Positions 53,308-64,000 of a DNA stretch of 64,000 bases are shown piece by piece. The translations under genes were made by a program, and so were the position numbers. The notes beneath the pieces were generated by a model. It worked only from the letters and a program-made list of their open reading frames with translations, was not told where the DNA came from and did not search any database. Within the stretch, counting starts at the first letter, position 1, and every line of letters starts with the position of its first letter. The stretch is from Laetmonice hystrix. Its lineage: Eukaryota. The stretch spans positions 7,876,001 through 7,940,000 of the forward strand of contig OZ249436.1 in NCBI GenBank assembly GCA_965235115.1. Direction: 5' to 3'.

Positions 53308-53672
53308 GTAAGTTAGATTTTAGCTCACCATCTTATTCTTAGGACTTCATACGTTCTGTATTTAGATAAAGCCCTCTTCCAAAATTGAAGTACCCCTGTA
53401 GTCCTTTGCCTCTTTTGCTCACGCCAGACTGGTCAAAAAATGGTCAGTGGTTGTAGAGCCCTGACGATGTTAGATCGCTATGTGAAGGTGGAGCTGTGAT
53501 GATGGATGTGTGTATTAAAGTGGATCTGTGACGGTGTTGTATGTGTGGAGAACCCCACATAATGTTGGATACTTGTGTAGCCCAGATGTTAGATACTTGT
53601 GTATGTTAGATACCAGTGTAGCCCTGATGATGTTGGATACTACTATAACGCTGATGATGTTGGATACCGTAA

Positions 53673-55475
53673 GTGTTAGATACTGGTAGAGCCGTAATGA
53701 TGTTAGATACCGGTGGAGACGTAATGATGTTAGATACCGGTGGAGACGTAATGATGTCAGATACCGGTGGAGACGTAATGATGTCAGATACCGGTGGAGA
53801 CGTAATTATGTCAGATACCGGTGGAGACGTAATGATGTCAGATACCGGTGGAGACGTAATGATGTCAGATACCGGTGGAGACGTAATGATGTTAGATACC
53901 GGTGGAGACGTAATGATGTCAGATACCGGTGGAGACGTAATGATGTTAGATACCGGTGGAGACGTAATGATGTTAGATACCGGTGGAGACGTAATGATGT
54001 TAGATACCGGTGGAGACATAATGATGTTAGATACCGGTGGAGACATAATGATGTTAGATACCGGTGGAGACGTAATGGACGTAATGATGTTAGATACCGG
54101 TGGAGACGTAATGATGTCAGATACCGGTGGAGACGTAATGATGTTAGATACCGGTGGAGACGTAATGATGTCAGATACCGGTGGAGACGTAATGATGTCA
54201 GATACCGGTGGAGACGTAATGATGTCAGATACCGGTGGAGACGTAATGATGTTAGATACCGGTGGAGACGTAATGATGTCAGATACCGGTGGAGACGTAA
54301 TGATGTCAGATACCGGTGGAGACGTAATGATGTCAGATACCGGTGGAGACGTAATGATGTCAGATACCGGTGGAGACGTAATGATGTCAGATACCGGTGG
54401 AGACGTAATGATGTCAGATACCGGTGGAGACGTAATGATGTTAGATACCGGTGGAGACGTAATGATGTTAGATACCGGTGGAGACGTAATGATGTTAGAT
54501 ACCGGTGGAGACGTAATGATGTTAGATACCGGTGGAGACGTAATGGACGTAATGATGTTAGATACCGGTAGAGACGTAATGATGTTAGATACCGGTGGGG
54601 ACGTAATGATGTTAGATACCGGTGGAGACGTAATGGACATAATGATGTTAGATACCGGTAGAGACGTAATGATGTTAGATACCGGTGGGGACGTAATGAT
54701 GTCAGATACCGGTGGAGACGTAATGATGTTAGATACCGGTGGAGACGTAATGATGTTAGATACCGGTGGAGACGTAATGATGTCAGATACCGGTAGAGAC
54801 ATAATGATGTTAGATACCGGTGGAGACGTAATGGACGTAATGATGTTAGATACCGATGGAGACGTAATGGACGTAATGATGTTAGATACCGGTGGAGACG
54901 TAATGATGTTAGATACCGGTGGAGACGTAATGGACGTAATGATGTTAGATACCGGTGGAGACGTAATGATGTTAGATACCGGTGGAGACGTAATGGACGT
55001 AATGATGTTAGATACCGGTGGAGACGTAATGGACGTAATGATGTTAGATACCGGTGGAGACGTAATGATGTTAGATACCGGTGGAGACGTAATGGACGTA
55101 ATGATGTTAGATACCGGTAGAGACGTAATGGACGTAATGATGTTAGATACCGGTGGAGACGTAATGATGTTAGATACCGGTGGAGACGTAATGATGTTAG
55201 ATACCGGTGGAGACGTAATGATGTTAGATACCGGTGGAGACGTAATGATGTTAGATACCGGTGGAGACATAATGATGTTAGATACCGGTGGAGACGTAAT
55301 GATGTTAGATACCGGTGGAGACGTGATGATGTTAGATACCGACGGAGACGTAATGATGTTAGATACCGGTGGAGACGTAATGATGTTAGATACCGGTGGA
55401 GACGTAATGATGTTAGATACCGGTGGAGACGTAATGATGTTAGATACCGGTGGAGACGTAATGATGTTAGATACT
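53673..55475. repeat. 27-bp intronic minisatellite, ~60-65 copies, some with a 9-bp ggacgtaat insertion; degenerate units from ~53460
   Basis: Unit gatgttagataccggtggagacgtaat. It fills most of the SMG5 intron 53308-55507 and is the source of the 570-651 aa repetitive ORFs. Confidence 0.98.
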
Positions 55476-55507
55476 GATGTACCGATGTTAGATGTTGCTG
55501 CTTGTAG

Positions 55508-55598
55508 TGATCGACCACCTTGACCTGCTGAAGAAAGGCTGTCCAGGAGCCCGGGAGGCAATCCGCTGGCTGGAGGCTGAGTTCAGAAAGGGCAACAG
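55508..55598 (+). CDS. SMG5: SMG5 coding exon (PIN domain)
   Basis: Acceptor cttgtAG (55506-55507) and donor AG|GTCAGC (55599); phase 1 to 2, 91 nt. Translates (V)IDHLDLLKKGCPGAREAIRWLEAEFRKGN(R); compare SMG5 VIDGLDLLKKEHPGARDGIRYLEAEFKKGNR. Confidence 0.95.
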
Positions 55599-56034
55599 GT
55601 CAGCCTGGAGGGCGCGTCCCTTCCTTTTAATGCTTCCTTCCTCACCACAAACCCACCCAAGCTAGAGGCGGCCGGCTAGCTTTTCAGTTATTGTTTGTTA
55701 AATTATTTGGGGTGTTCGCCTTTTGACCCCTTCCATTCAAGTTTTAATAAATTTGTAATTTCAAGTTCGCTGTATGTACTGTACTAAAAGTCGCGTAAAA
55801 ATCCTGTTCAGTCTTGTGTACATAAGAAAAGGGTTCATTTCGCTTAGTATAAGCCCTCCCCATTGTGGTTTGTTTGTATGACTTTGGCAATAAACCAAAA
55901 GCCTTTCGCTACATTCAAATAATTCTTTTCGACAGAACATATCTTTTGGTGTGTTCTGTATACGAGATCCAAATTGGAAGTCTCATTTTGCTGGAAGCAG
56001 TATTTTTTAACTTGTAACTTTTTTTCTGCTGTAG

Positions 56035-56115
56035 GTATGTGAGAGCGCAGAAAACGCACGAGAAGATCTCAACCGTGCCACATAAAAACCTCAAAAAGCG
56101 TGACAAGGATGCTTG
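56035..56115 (+). CDS. SMG5: SMG5 coding exon (PIN domain)
   Basis: Acceptor tttttttctgctgtAG (56033-56034) and donor TG|GTAGGT (56116); phase 2 to 2, 81 nt. Translates (R)YVRAQKTHEKISTVPHKNLKKRDKDA(W); compare SMG5 YIRCQKE...KLKRQDADAW. Confidence 0.92.
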
Positions 56116-56402
56116 GTAGGTAGCCAAACCATTTCATTAGTAGTACATATTGTTAGAGGCCTGGCAGCCGTCCAAGCCCGAGTCAGCAGCCTCCGAGGCA
56201 AGATAACATAAACACACAGGACCTTGTTACTGACACTACCAGCGAATTACGTCCTCGGTCTGACAGTAAGAAACAGTGGCAAAGGCGGTGTTCAACTTCT
56301 TGACTAACCGTGGAGAAAAACTACAAGAAGTAGAACTGTAGAAAGTAGGGCTCCGTCTGGATGGCAGGCACAACTGGAGTTTCCGATTTGAATAGACGAA
56401 GA

Positions 56403-56580
56403 CAGTGACGTAGCAAGGAATTAATGAAAGGAGGGGGAGCGTAAATTTTGTTAAGGATAATCTGACAGGTCAAAAAAAGAGGTTTTCAACAATGCTGACA
56501 AGCAAAAAAAAAAAAAAAAAAAAACCAAACGGGGGGGGGGGGGCGTACGCCGGGTACGCCCTGTGGTGGTTACGTCACTG
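56403..56580. mobile_element. CAGTG-terminal MITE with a 6-bp TSD (hAT-like) in an SMG5 intron
   Basis: TIRs CAGTGACGTAGC and GTTACGTCACTG; CGAAGA duplicated at 56397-56402 and 56581-56586. Confidence 0.8.
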
Positions 56581-57032
56581 CGAAGACCTCTACAATGAAG
56601 TTCTTTTGAGAATTTAGTGGACTGAGAGATGGAAGACCGATAAAAATAGTATATAGTTTTACCAAAAGAATGTTTTTATGCAACTTGAGGTAGATGTATT
56701 ACTAAAAGATGCCAGGTGTTTGTGAGATGAGGTAAAGTCAAAGTTGTATGGACGAATGTTCATCACCTCACCCTTGCCTTAACCTTGCCCCTGAGAACCC
56801 ACACTCTCATCTGACGCGTATTCTCCTACTCGTCGGGTTTACTAATTACCTACATACTCGAGGTCTGATTGAATCCTACTCTTACCAAACAATAATTATC
56901 TTGTCATTTATCTTTACAGCTCTTTAACCCAGTTTGAACTCGCACTGGAGCGTCTTTCCGTTGTGAACGTTAACCCTGGGCTGAAGTTGAGATTGTTTTA
57001 ACCTGATGTTGTGGGTAATATTGTTGTTGCAG

Positions 57033-57190
57033 GCGCGTGCTCCAGATCACTGACTGTTGTAAGTACCTGTCCCAGCAGAGCTCTGAGTGGGACTCGAAGG
57101 GTTTGGTCTGTGTACTCTCCAACCTAGACGCTAACAGTGACGACCTCTCGATCCGCGTCCGACAGGCTTTCGCTGCCGCCCAACACGAGG
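57033..57190 (+). CDS. SMG5: SMG5 coding exon (PIN domain)
   Basis: Acceptor ttgttgttgcAG (57031-57032) and donor G|GTAAGC (57191); phase 2 to 1, 158 nt. Translates (W)RVLQITDCCKYLSQQSSEWDSKGLVCVLSNLDANSDDLSIRVRQAFAAAQHE; compare SMG5 LYKILDSCKQL...GMVTIITGL...AALQAAAHA. Confidence 0.9.
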
Positions 57191-58571
57191 GTAAGCACTC
57201 GCCGTTACAACGGCTTCACGGCTCTTTCATCTTTTACCCTCCCGGAAGTTAAGTAGTTGTCTTGTTCCGGTAGGGACAGGACCAATGGAATTGGGAGGGA
57301 ATAAGCTATTTGCCCTTTCGGTGTCGTTCCCAAGACGTGATCGAGAAGAGAAGAAAGTAAACGAAATAAGAGCTAGACAAACTAGACGCTTCAACCAACA
57401 TAATACAGTGAGGTTAATGAATAGAGCATCCCAACTCAGTAGTCAGCCAACACTCGGTGCTTTTGGACTCCAAAATTGACAAACGCAGAAAAAAGTTTTT
57501 TTTTAAAGTCTGAGCACCAATGAAACGTGATCCGAACCGGAAGTCGGATACCTTACTTGATGTCTCTGGTAGCGTTCCAGAGTTGCATCTAAATGTTTCA
57601 GAACCAAATGAAGATAAACTCCTCCCTGTCCCAACTCCCACTGATGATATCTGTCTCTAGTTGGTAAGGCTGTTCGTTAAAACAGTGTGTAACGTGCACA
57701 CAATGTTTATAGTGGCAAGGACCGGTACATGCAGGAATCGAGCCATCACCGCTCGCACGGATACGTCATGCTTATTCTCAGAGTCGCTGTTTCCTTTTTA
57801 TCAATAAGTGGCATTTAGCTGATTGTGGAAATGGAGCGTCATAATGCTAGTTTGTTAAATACAACTGCTGAATCAGGCTGCAGAAAAACATTTGATCCTA
57901 ATTAAAGTTGCCACAAAAAGTGAGTAAATTGAAGAGAGTGACTTGATGTATCAGCAGTTTGATGGAGTGGCATTCAGAATGGACAGGTTATTGGTAACCC
58001 AACGGCGCAGTCATACAAAAAATTCAATATTGCTTTGAGGCCTGAAGCTTTAAAAGTACACAAATCCAAAATGTTAGTCGCTTAGTGCTGTGAGCTGCAC
58101 ATCAGATGTTGTTCATTGCTGAAAGCTTTTTGTTATTCCTAGATAGATATTAGGGCTAGCTTTCCAGTGCTATAGAATCGACAGCACTGCCGTTTACTGT
58201 CCCTGTATCCACAGATCGGCAGCGATAACAAAACATATTTACAGACGGAAACAATAGAACCATAACATTTCCTTTCATTTTAAGATCAGTTTTCTTGTCT
58301 TCAAGTGAATCTAGACTGTCATTCATTGTCTTTATTATAGGTGTATGGGTGTATGTCTGCACATGTCCCTGGGTTTCGTCTTAAGGAGTCATTAATAGTC
58401 ATTATTTCACGGGAACAGATGTTTCGTCGTAGATAGTGAGAATTGAACTAACGACGTGCCTGATTTAACAAGAAGTCTGTTACCTGGAATCCCAGCTAAC
58501 TTGATTAATTCCCGTTTTCTCCACACATCGGTATGCGTATGGCAGTTCTCATAGGATTGCGTTTTATGCTG

Positions 58572-58589
58572 CCGTTACCATGGTAACGG
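58572..58589. promoter_or_regulatory. Perfect RFX X-box palindrome
   Basis: ccGTTACCATGGTAACgg matches the X-box consensus GTNRCC(N)RGYAAC. Confidence 0.5.
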
Positions 58590-58692
58590 GACACCTGTCA
58601 TGACATAAGGCGATGACGTTGCAGAGACAGGATATTAACCGTCTGAAACACGGGGCGACGCTGAGAATTTTTCTACTGCTTGATTTCCACAG

Positions 58693-58763
58693 GACTTCTC
58701 ATCAACAACGTCTCCGAGTTCTTCAACCGGTGGAAAGATCTTTGGAAGACCAACAAGGGATGA
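58693..58763 (+). CDS. SMG5: SMG5 terminal coding exon
   Basis: Acceptor tgatttccacAG (58691-58692); phase 1. Translates (G)LLINNVSEFFNRWKDLWKTNKG then TGA at 58761-58763; compare the SMG5 C-terminus VDIKNVLDFYKQWKEIG. Confidence 0.88.
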
Positions 58764-59727
58764 ACGTTTCCATGGCAATCACCAGAAGGGTTGAGCAATC
58801 ACGTGATACCTGTCACATTAACATGGAAACGATTCAAAGATTGAGGTGGCGAAGACTCGGGCAGGATTGGGCGTCATGATAAGGTTATAACGACTGTGTA
58901 TGTTCTCCACACACCCCGACCCGCAACAGGTTCCCAGCGAGTTGTCCTGGTAACGGCAACAGGTAGCCAATCACCCTAGAGACAGGCGTCACGTGGGCTG
59001 GCGGTCAACCTTGACGTCATAACTCTAGGTTCTGGTTGAACAGTGTACCTGCACAGTCAGACACAATGATGACAATACGAACTTGTCTGCCAGCCGTCTC
59101 CTGTGACAAGAAAGGCACTCCCAGGCGAACTGACAGGTTCATTAGTACGGCATATGGAGTTGGCGTCCAGTTTGACAGAGCAAGCCCAGCGTGGAATCTG
59201 CAACACGAAATGAAGCAGACATGAAACTGTTGAAAATACTGCATTACTATTAGACAGTTGTATGTCTGTAATTTAATTGATAAAACACAATGTTGTAGAT
59301 GTAGGTTAATTAAGAAGAGTCCATTATATGGGAGGGATGACCTGGAACAGATTATTCTGCATTATGAGGCAGACAGGCGACGGTTACAGTCATTACTGAG
59401 AGTGGTACGTAAAGCAGAATATTATATGAAGGGTCATTCTGGGCAATTGCAAGTAAAGCAAGAACGCAAAACAATGTTTCCTGCGGTCTTTTTGTCTTTA
59501 CCACCTGTATTCATCTAAAGGCCAATGCACACAGACGTCATGTTTTAATCGCTACAATGGTTTTTCAATGGTACCATGCACATTGCTCCAGCGCAGCAAT
59601 TCGTCAGCAAAAATCTCTCCCCAATTCGATTCTGGCGGCGTGCTACGTGCATCTCAGCACTGATACCTTTGCTGCAACGCGCTGTGCGTGAATTATTACC
59701 TGTTGTGGCTAGGCAGGTCCACTGAAA

Positions 59728-60139
59728 GGTCTATCACTGCTGTGACCAGCCCTGTCCAGTGATGGGTCTATCACTGCTGTGACCAGCCCTGTCCAGTGAT
59801 GGGTCTATCACTGCTGTGACCAGCCCTGTCCAGTGATGGGTCTATCACTGCTGTGACCAGCCCTGTCCAGTGATGGGTCTATCACTGCTGTGACCAGCCC
59901 TGTCCAGTGATGGGCTTATCACTGCTGTGACCAGCCCTGTTCAATGATGGGCCTATCACTGCTGTGACCAGCCCTGTCCATTGATGGGTCTATCACTGCT
60001 GTGACCAGCCCTGTCCATCGATGGGTATTTCACTGCTGTGACCAGCCCTGTCCATTGATGGGTCTATCACTGCTGTGACCAGCCCTGTCCAGTGATGGGT
60101 CTATCACTGCTGTGGCCAGCCCTGTCCAGTGATGGGTCT
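59728..60139. repeat. 37-bp minisatellite, ~11 copies, each unit self-complementary
   Basis: Unit ggtctatcactgctgtgaccagccctgtccagtgatg, containing ATCACTG and its reverse complement CAGTGAT. Confidence 0.95.
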
Positions 60140-62131
60140 TTCATCAATGACCTTTGCTATCCAAATTTTGCCTGTTGTATTTTGTTGATATCCCTTCTGA
60201 CCACACTGTAGCGTGTAGTGTGTTAAGGTCGGTGGTATTTGTTGGGGGTGGGAGTGGGGTTAATGGTCTGGTTTGTGGGCCATGAGTTTCTTTACTCAAC
60301 CATGTCGGATCAGTGAGTGACAGTAGACTGGTACTGGCGAGCGAGAGGCAAGTTGAAATTTCGCATCTCCGTCAACTTTCTTGTAGTTTTTTTTTTTTAA
60401 TTTGTTATAATTTTTTTTACAAACAGACGATGTCGTCTGTGACCCCTGACGACCTGTTTAGGTCAAGTAAATATAAGATGTTTGACCTTTGTGATGACCT
60501 TGAGGCCCTGATTAGAGATGGCGTCTGATGACCAGTCCCAACCGCCAGGGGGAGCGAGTAGTCATGTACGAAAGCTCGAGAACCGCGCTGATCAAGTCAA
60601 GCACACTGCGTGAGACGGACGGCACATGGCCTTGACGTGGGAGGTCAACCGTGACTGCTCAACCGTGACCCGTAAATCGTGACCAACAAGAAATACCGAA
60701 CCCTTTCTAAAATTAACTCTTTCCTATCTTGTTCCGGGTCCCCCCGATACTCTTTTGGGGACTTAAGCGAAGGTAAATTAAATTAGGTACAAATATTATC
60801 GTTTTCCTGTGACTTATACGGGTAAAAGACGATCGTCTAACGTCCTCAAATCTTGCAAGAAAATATAAAAATAGTAAAAGTAATGTAGGCAGCATTTTAT
60901 AGTTAAGGACTCTATGTATCATACGAATGTGTTTTAAAAATTCCGATTTTCGAATTTGTTGGCAGTTTACCTTCCCTTTAATTATAGGAGGTTTCTCTTT
61001 GAAAACTTTGCAACGTGCGTCGAATGTAAAATGTAAGTCTGCTATGACTGGCTGTGAATCTAGAAAGCCATGATGCAAATTTTATAATAGCTGTTCTGTC
61101 ATTTACGGCTACACCCTTCTCTTATATCCTGTTCCGTTTCACAAGGCGACCTTTCTAGGTGCCTTGTAGTATTTCGTATTGCTTTGAGAACACACGTGTT
61201 GTAATGATCACTCAGGTGCCGTATGTCCCGTCAGTCACGCAGTGTGGGCGGAGCTAGTTTCAGGCGGTGAGATTTGTTGGGACTGACTGGGCGTCATGTT
61301 GAAAAGGAGAGAACGTGCATAAAATGGAGGAGAGCGAAACTTGAGGCAGAGATGTTCTTTTTGTGATTGTCGTATACCCGAGGCTTATCATAAAACTTTA
61401 ATCAAAAATAACCACTTAGGGTGTTCGCTCAAAACGAGCGAGGAAAAGCTGTGAGTTTTAAAAGAGAAAACAACAAAACAAAAACCGTGTTATTCAGCGA
61501 GAGAGAAAAATGATTATTCTGTGAAACGAAAGTGATAATTATGGTTTTATTTTGCATGATTTGCGTACAACAGCGAATTTTATTATGTCAATTATGTGAC
61601 CGAATATAATGTGACCGAATATATCTGCGATATAAGATCTCATTCTGTAATCCAAGAGGAGTAACTTGTTCTTTTATTCATATTAAACCCAATGACATAA
61701 TTGTTAAATTCTTGAATTGTCACCTTATACAACCAAGATAACAGTTTAGGTTTGACGCATTGAGAGGAAGACCTTCATGTTTCCATACAAATAACAGAAG
61801 AAAAACACCTGGCCGTTGTTATGAAAACTGTCTGCATGCTAAAAACAAAGAACTACTCTCATTTGTAATTCTGGTCTTTGACGGCTTTGGAAGTAATTAG
61901 AATGAGAACTATGTTTTAATGTTCTTGTTGTGAAGATTTTTTTCCTATATATATGTTCATTAATTAGTAGTTGACAACGAGTGGAAACTCATTTGTTACC
62001 AAAGCACTGTTAGAGATGAATGTTAACTATGTATGCCGAGTTCATACTGGAGAACACCGACAAGAAAAGTGTCCACTAGAGTACATTTTGATGAACATGA
62101 ATAATGAGTGAAGCTAAGACGTTTTTTCTAA

Positions 62132-62223
62132 AGTAGATACTTGCCTGCCGTGGAGTAGATACTTGCGTGCCGTGGAGTAGATCCATGGTTGCCGTGGAGT
62201 AGATCCATGGCTGCCGTGGAGTA
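62132..62223. repeat. 22-bp tandem repeat, 4 copies
   Basis: Units agtagatacttgcctgccgtgg and agtagatccatggttgccgtgg. Confidence 0.85.
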
Positions 62224-62327
62224 TTATTCTAAGCGAGCGTCCTTTAACACTCGGGGCAGAGAATCCAAGTCTACACATACCTATCCTCGATCGCTGCAAC
62301 TATTCACTGTGTGGTCAAAAAGGTTTC

Positions 62328-62333
62328 AATAAA
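62328..62333 (+). terminator. Candidate SMG5 polyadenylation signal
   Basis: First canonical AATAAA I find after the stop codon. A CA lies ~18 nt downstream, followed by GU-rich tcttgttattgttc. Confidence 0.45.
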
Positions 62334-64000
62334 GCGATTGATCCAAGTCTCATCAGCCTCTTGTTATTGTTCACCCAGCCTTAGTTGTAGTTTTTTCAGG
62401 TGGAGACCCATTGAAAGTTGGTAAATGTACGTCACTGTAAACATAACACCCAGGTTGACAATTCAACATTGGGTCTGTAGGATCGAGCCATAGACACGAC
62501 CTACAGCGGTGCCTCAAGTATCAACAAATGCAAACCAAACAAATGTTTAACAGTTTTAATTGAAATCCGTTCTATGGCCCTCCTCAGCTCGATTGGGAAG
62601 TCGTCATTGATGGAAAACGTTGCTGAGACGGTGTTGATCTTACGAATTGTAGGATGAGCAAAAGTGGCTTCTGTTTCAGGGATCGCTCACTAGAGGGCGG
62701 GTCCGCATCGCCGCGTACCGGCTGGGTGACGTTCCTGGTGCCATGTGACACATAGTCTGGGTATACCGGCCATGTGGAGAGGGGGTCTGGTTGCATTTGT
62801 ATCTGATTTAAAACAACCATTGTAAGATATAAATAGTAGCCCTATGATGCTGAACAACATGTTTATTTATCTAGTTTCGTCTTCAGAAGCATACTTTTCT
62901 GTTAGTATAAAGAGGATTTTAAGATTATATTCTTATTATTTGAATAGTAGGTAGGGGGAGTTGTGTCGAGAATAGTCGGCCATTAATTTAAAGGTCAGAA
63001 TACATTGAGTTAGTCGGATTATGTGTGAGACTGGATCATGGCCGTCGTCCTGGCAGGCGTACGTTGTTTTCAGGGACAGTGTCTGTTTAAGGTCCCCTAT
63101 CCGGATTACACAGCCCAGTGTTAGTGAATAACGTGACGTCTCAGGTCTTTAAGCTGTCCTGTGTCAGTGTCAGTGTTTGACGTGTAGTCCAAGGGTCTCG
63201 AAACCGGGCCACCTCGGCCGTGTATGACGTGTCAGGGTGCCGCTATTTCTTCATATTGTCCTCCCATCGCCCGTGCCCACTGCCAGCTCGAGTCAGCGTG
63301 ATTAATTTGCAATTAAGATTATGCAGATTAACCTGGGAGCTTATCCTTTGATCCCCTGTGGTGCACGCCTTGGGATTGGACACAGCGACCAGATAAATCC
63401 CCACCGCGGCCCTGTCTGCTCGCCAAGCCGGCTTACTCGTAAAACCAACCACTTTTATTGGCCCACAGTTTCCTCCAGCGAGTGCTCATTGTTATGTAGA
63501 TGAGTTTGGTCAGCCATTCAGACCATCATGACCAGTGTTTGATATCTGCCACTAATAATGTTTCGGTTCGATCAATAACGACACTTGCGTTCCTCATTGT
63601 CGGTGCAACGTGTTCTTTATCAGACTCAACTCCCCAGTTATTAATTGCAATTATTATCGACGCAATCTACTTTCAACGCCAAGGGGAAAAAACAGTAAAA
63701 CAAAAGATTCCGCGCCCAAATGAATACAAAGTACGGGTCGGTATCGGTGGAGGATCATTCTGACGAGTTCCCGTATGTTCTCGGGCTGATCTCGCGTGAT
63801 CCTCACATTGACAACTAGTTGTGCAAACACTCTCTATTTGCATTCCATATTTGAGTGTCATTTGATGAGGCAATTATCAATGCTGTTGTCAGTAGCCCGG
63901 CTTTGTTCATGTGTGCCCCGGTCCACAATGGAAGACTGAACGTAGCTGGTCAGGGTCAGGGCCGGTAGGGGGGTCTAATAAATAAAGCGGGGAGGGTGGG

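Noticed and set aside
53606..55561. 651-, 616- and 570-aa ORFs as protein-coding genes
   Set aside because: They are translations of a 27-bp intronic minisatellite. The plus-strand ORF is out of frame with the next SMG5 exon and shows no domain content.
59750..59770. Iron-responsive element (CAGUGA loop) in the 37-bp repeat
   Set aside because: The bases flanking CAGTGA do not form the required 5-bp upper stem with a bulged C.
63755..63800. Hammerhead ribozyme core (CTGACGAG; other CTGATGA hits also inspected)
   Set aside because: No stem II followed by GAAA in the required arrangement.

Overview
Eukaryotic (bilaterian invertebrate, possibly mollusc or another lophotrochozoan; the taxon is a guess) genomic DNA, almost entirely non-coding. 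The only gene I can support is the 3' end of SMG5, the nonsense-mediated decay factor with a degenerate PIN domain. It lies on the + strand as five GT-AG exons at 53088-53307, 55508-55598, 56035-56115, 57033-57190 and 58693-58763 (stop TGA), with consistent splice phases. No recognisable SMG5 coding sequence lies in the preceding 53 kb, apart from a candidate 66-nt in-frame exon at 20450-20515, so most of the window appears to be one or two giant SMG5 introns. That intronic region carries a consensus recursive-splicing (ratchet) site at 478/479 with a 44-nt cryptic exon, a ~3.1-3.6 kb tandem duplication, a dense cluster of CTCF-like motifs, and a promoter-like NF-Y/PBX/RFX island near 25.1-25.7 kb. 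It also holds several large minisatellites and many small TIR elements (Tc1/mariner-, pogo-, Kolobok-, Harbinger- and hAT-like). Downstream of the stop there is a candidate ~3.6 kb 3'UTR containing a tandem array of self-complementary 37-mers. The long ORFs in the supplied track come from tandem repeats and are not treated as genes. All motif calls and counts were made by eye.
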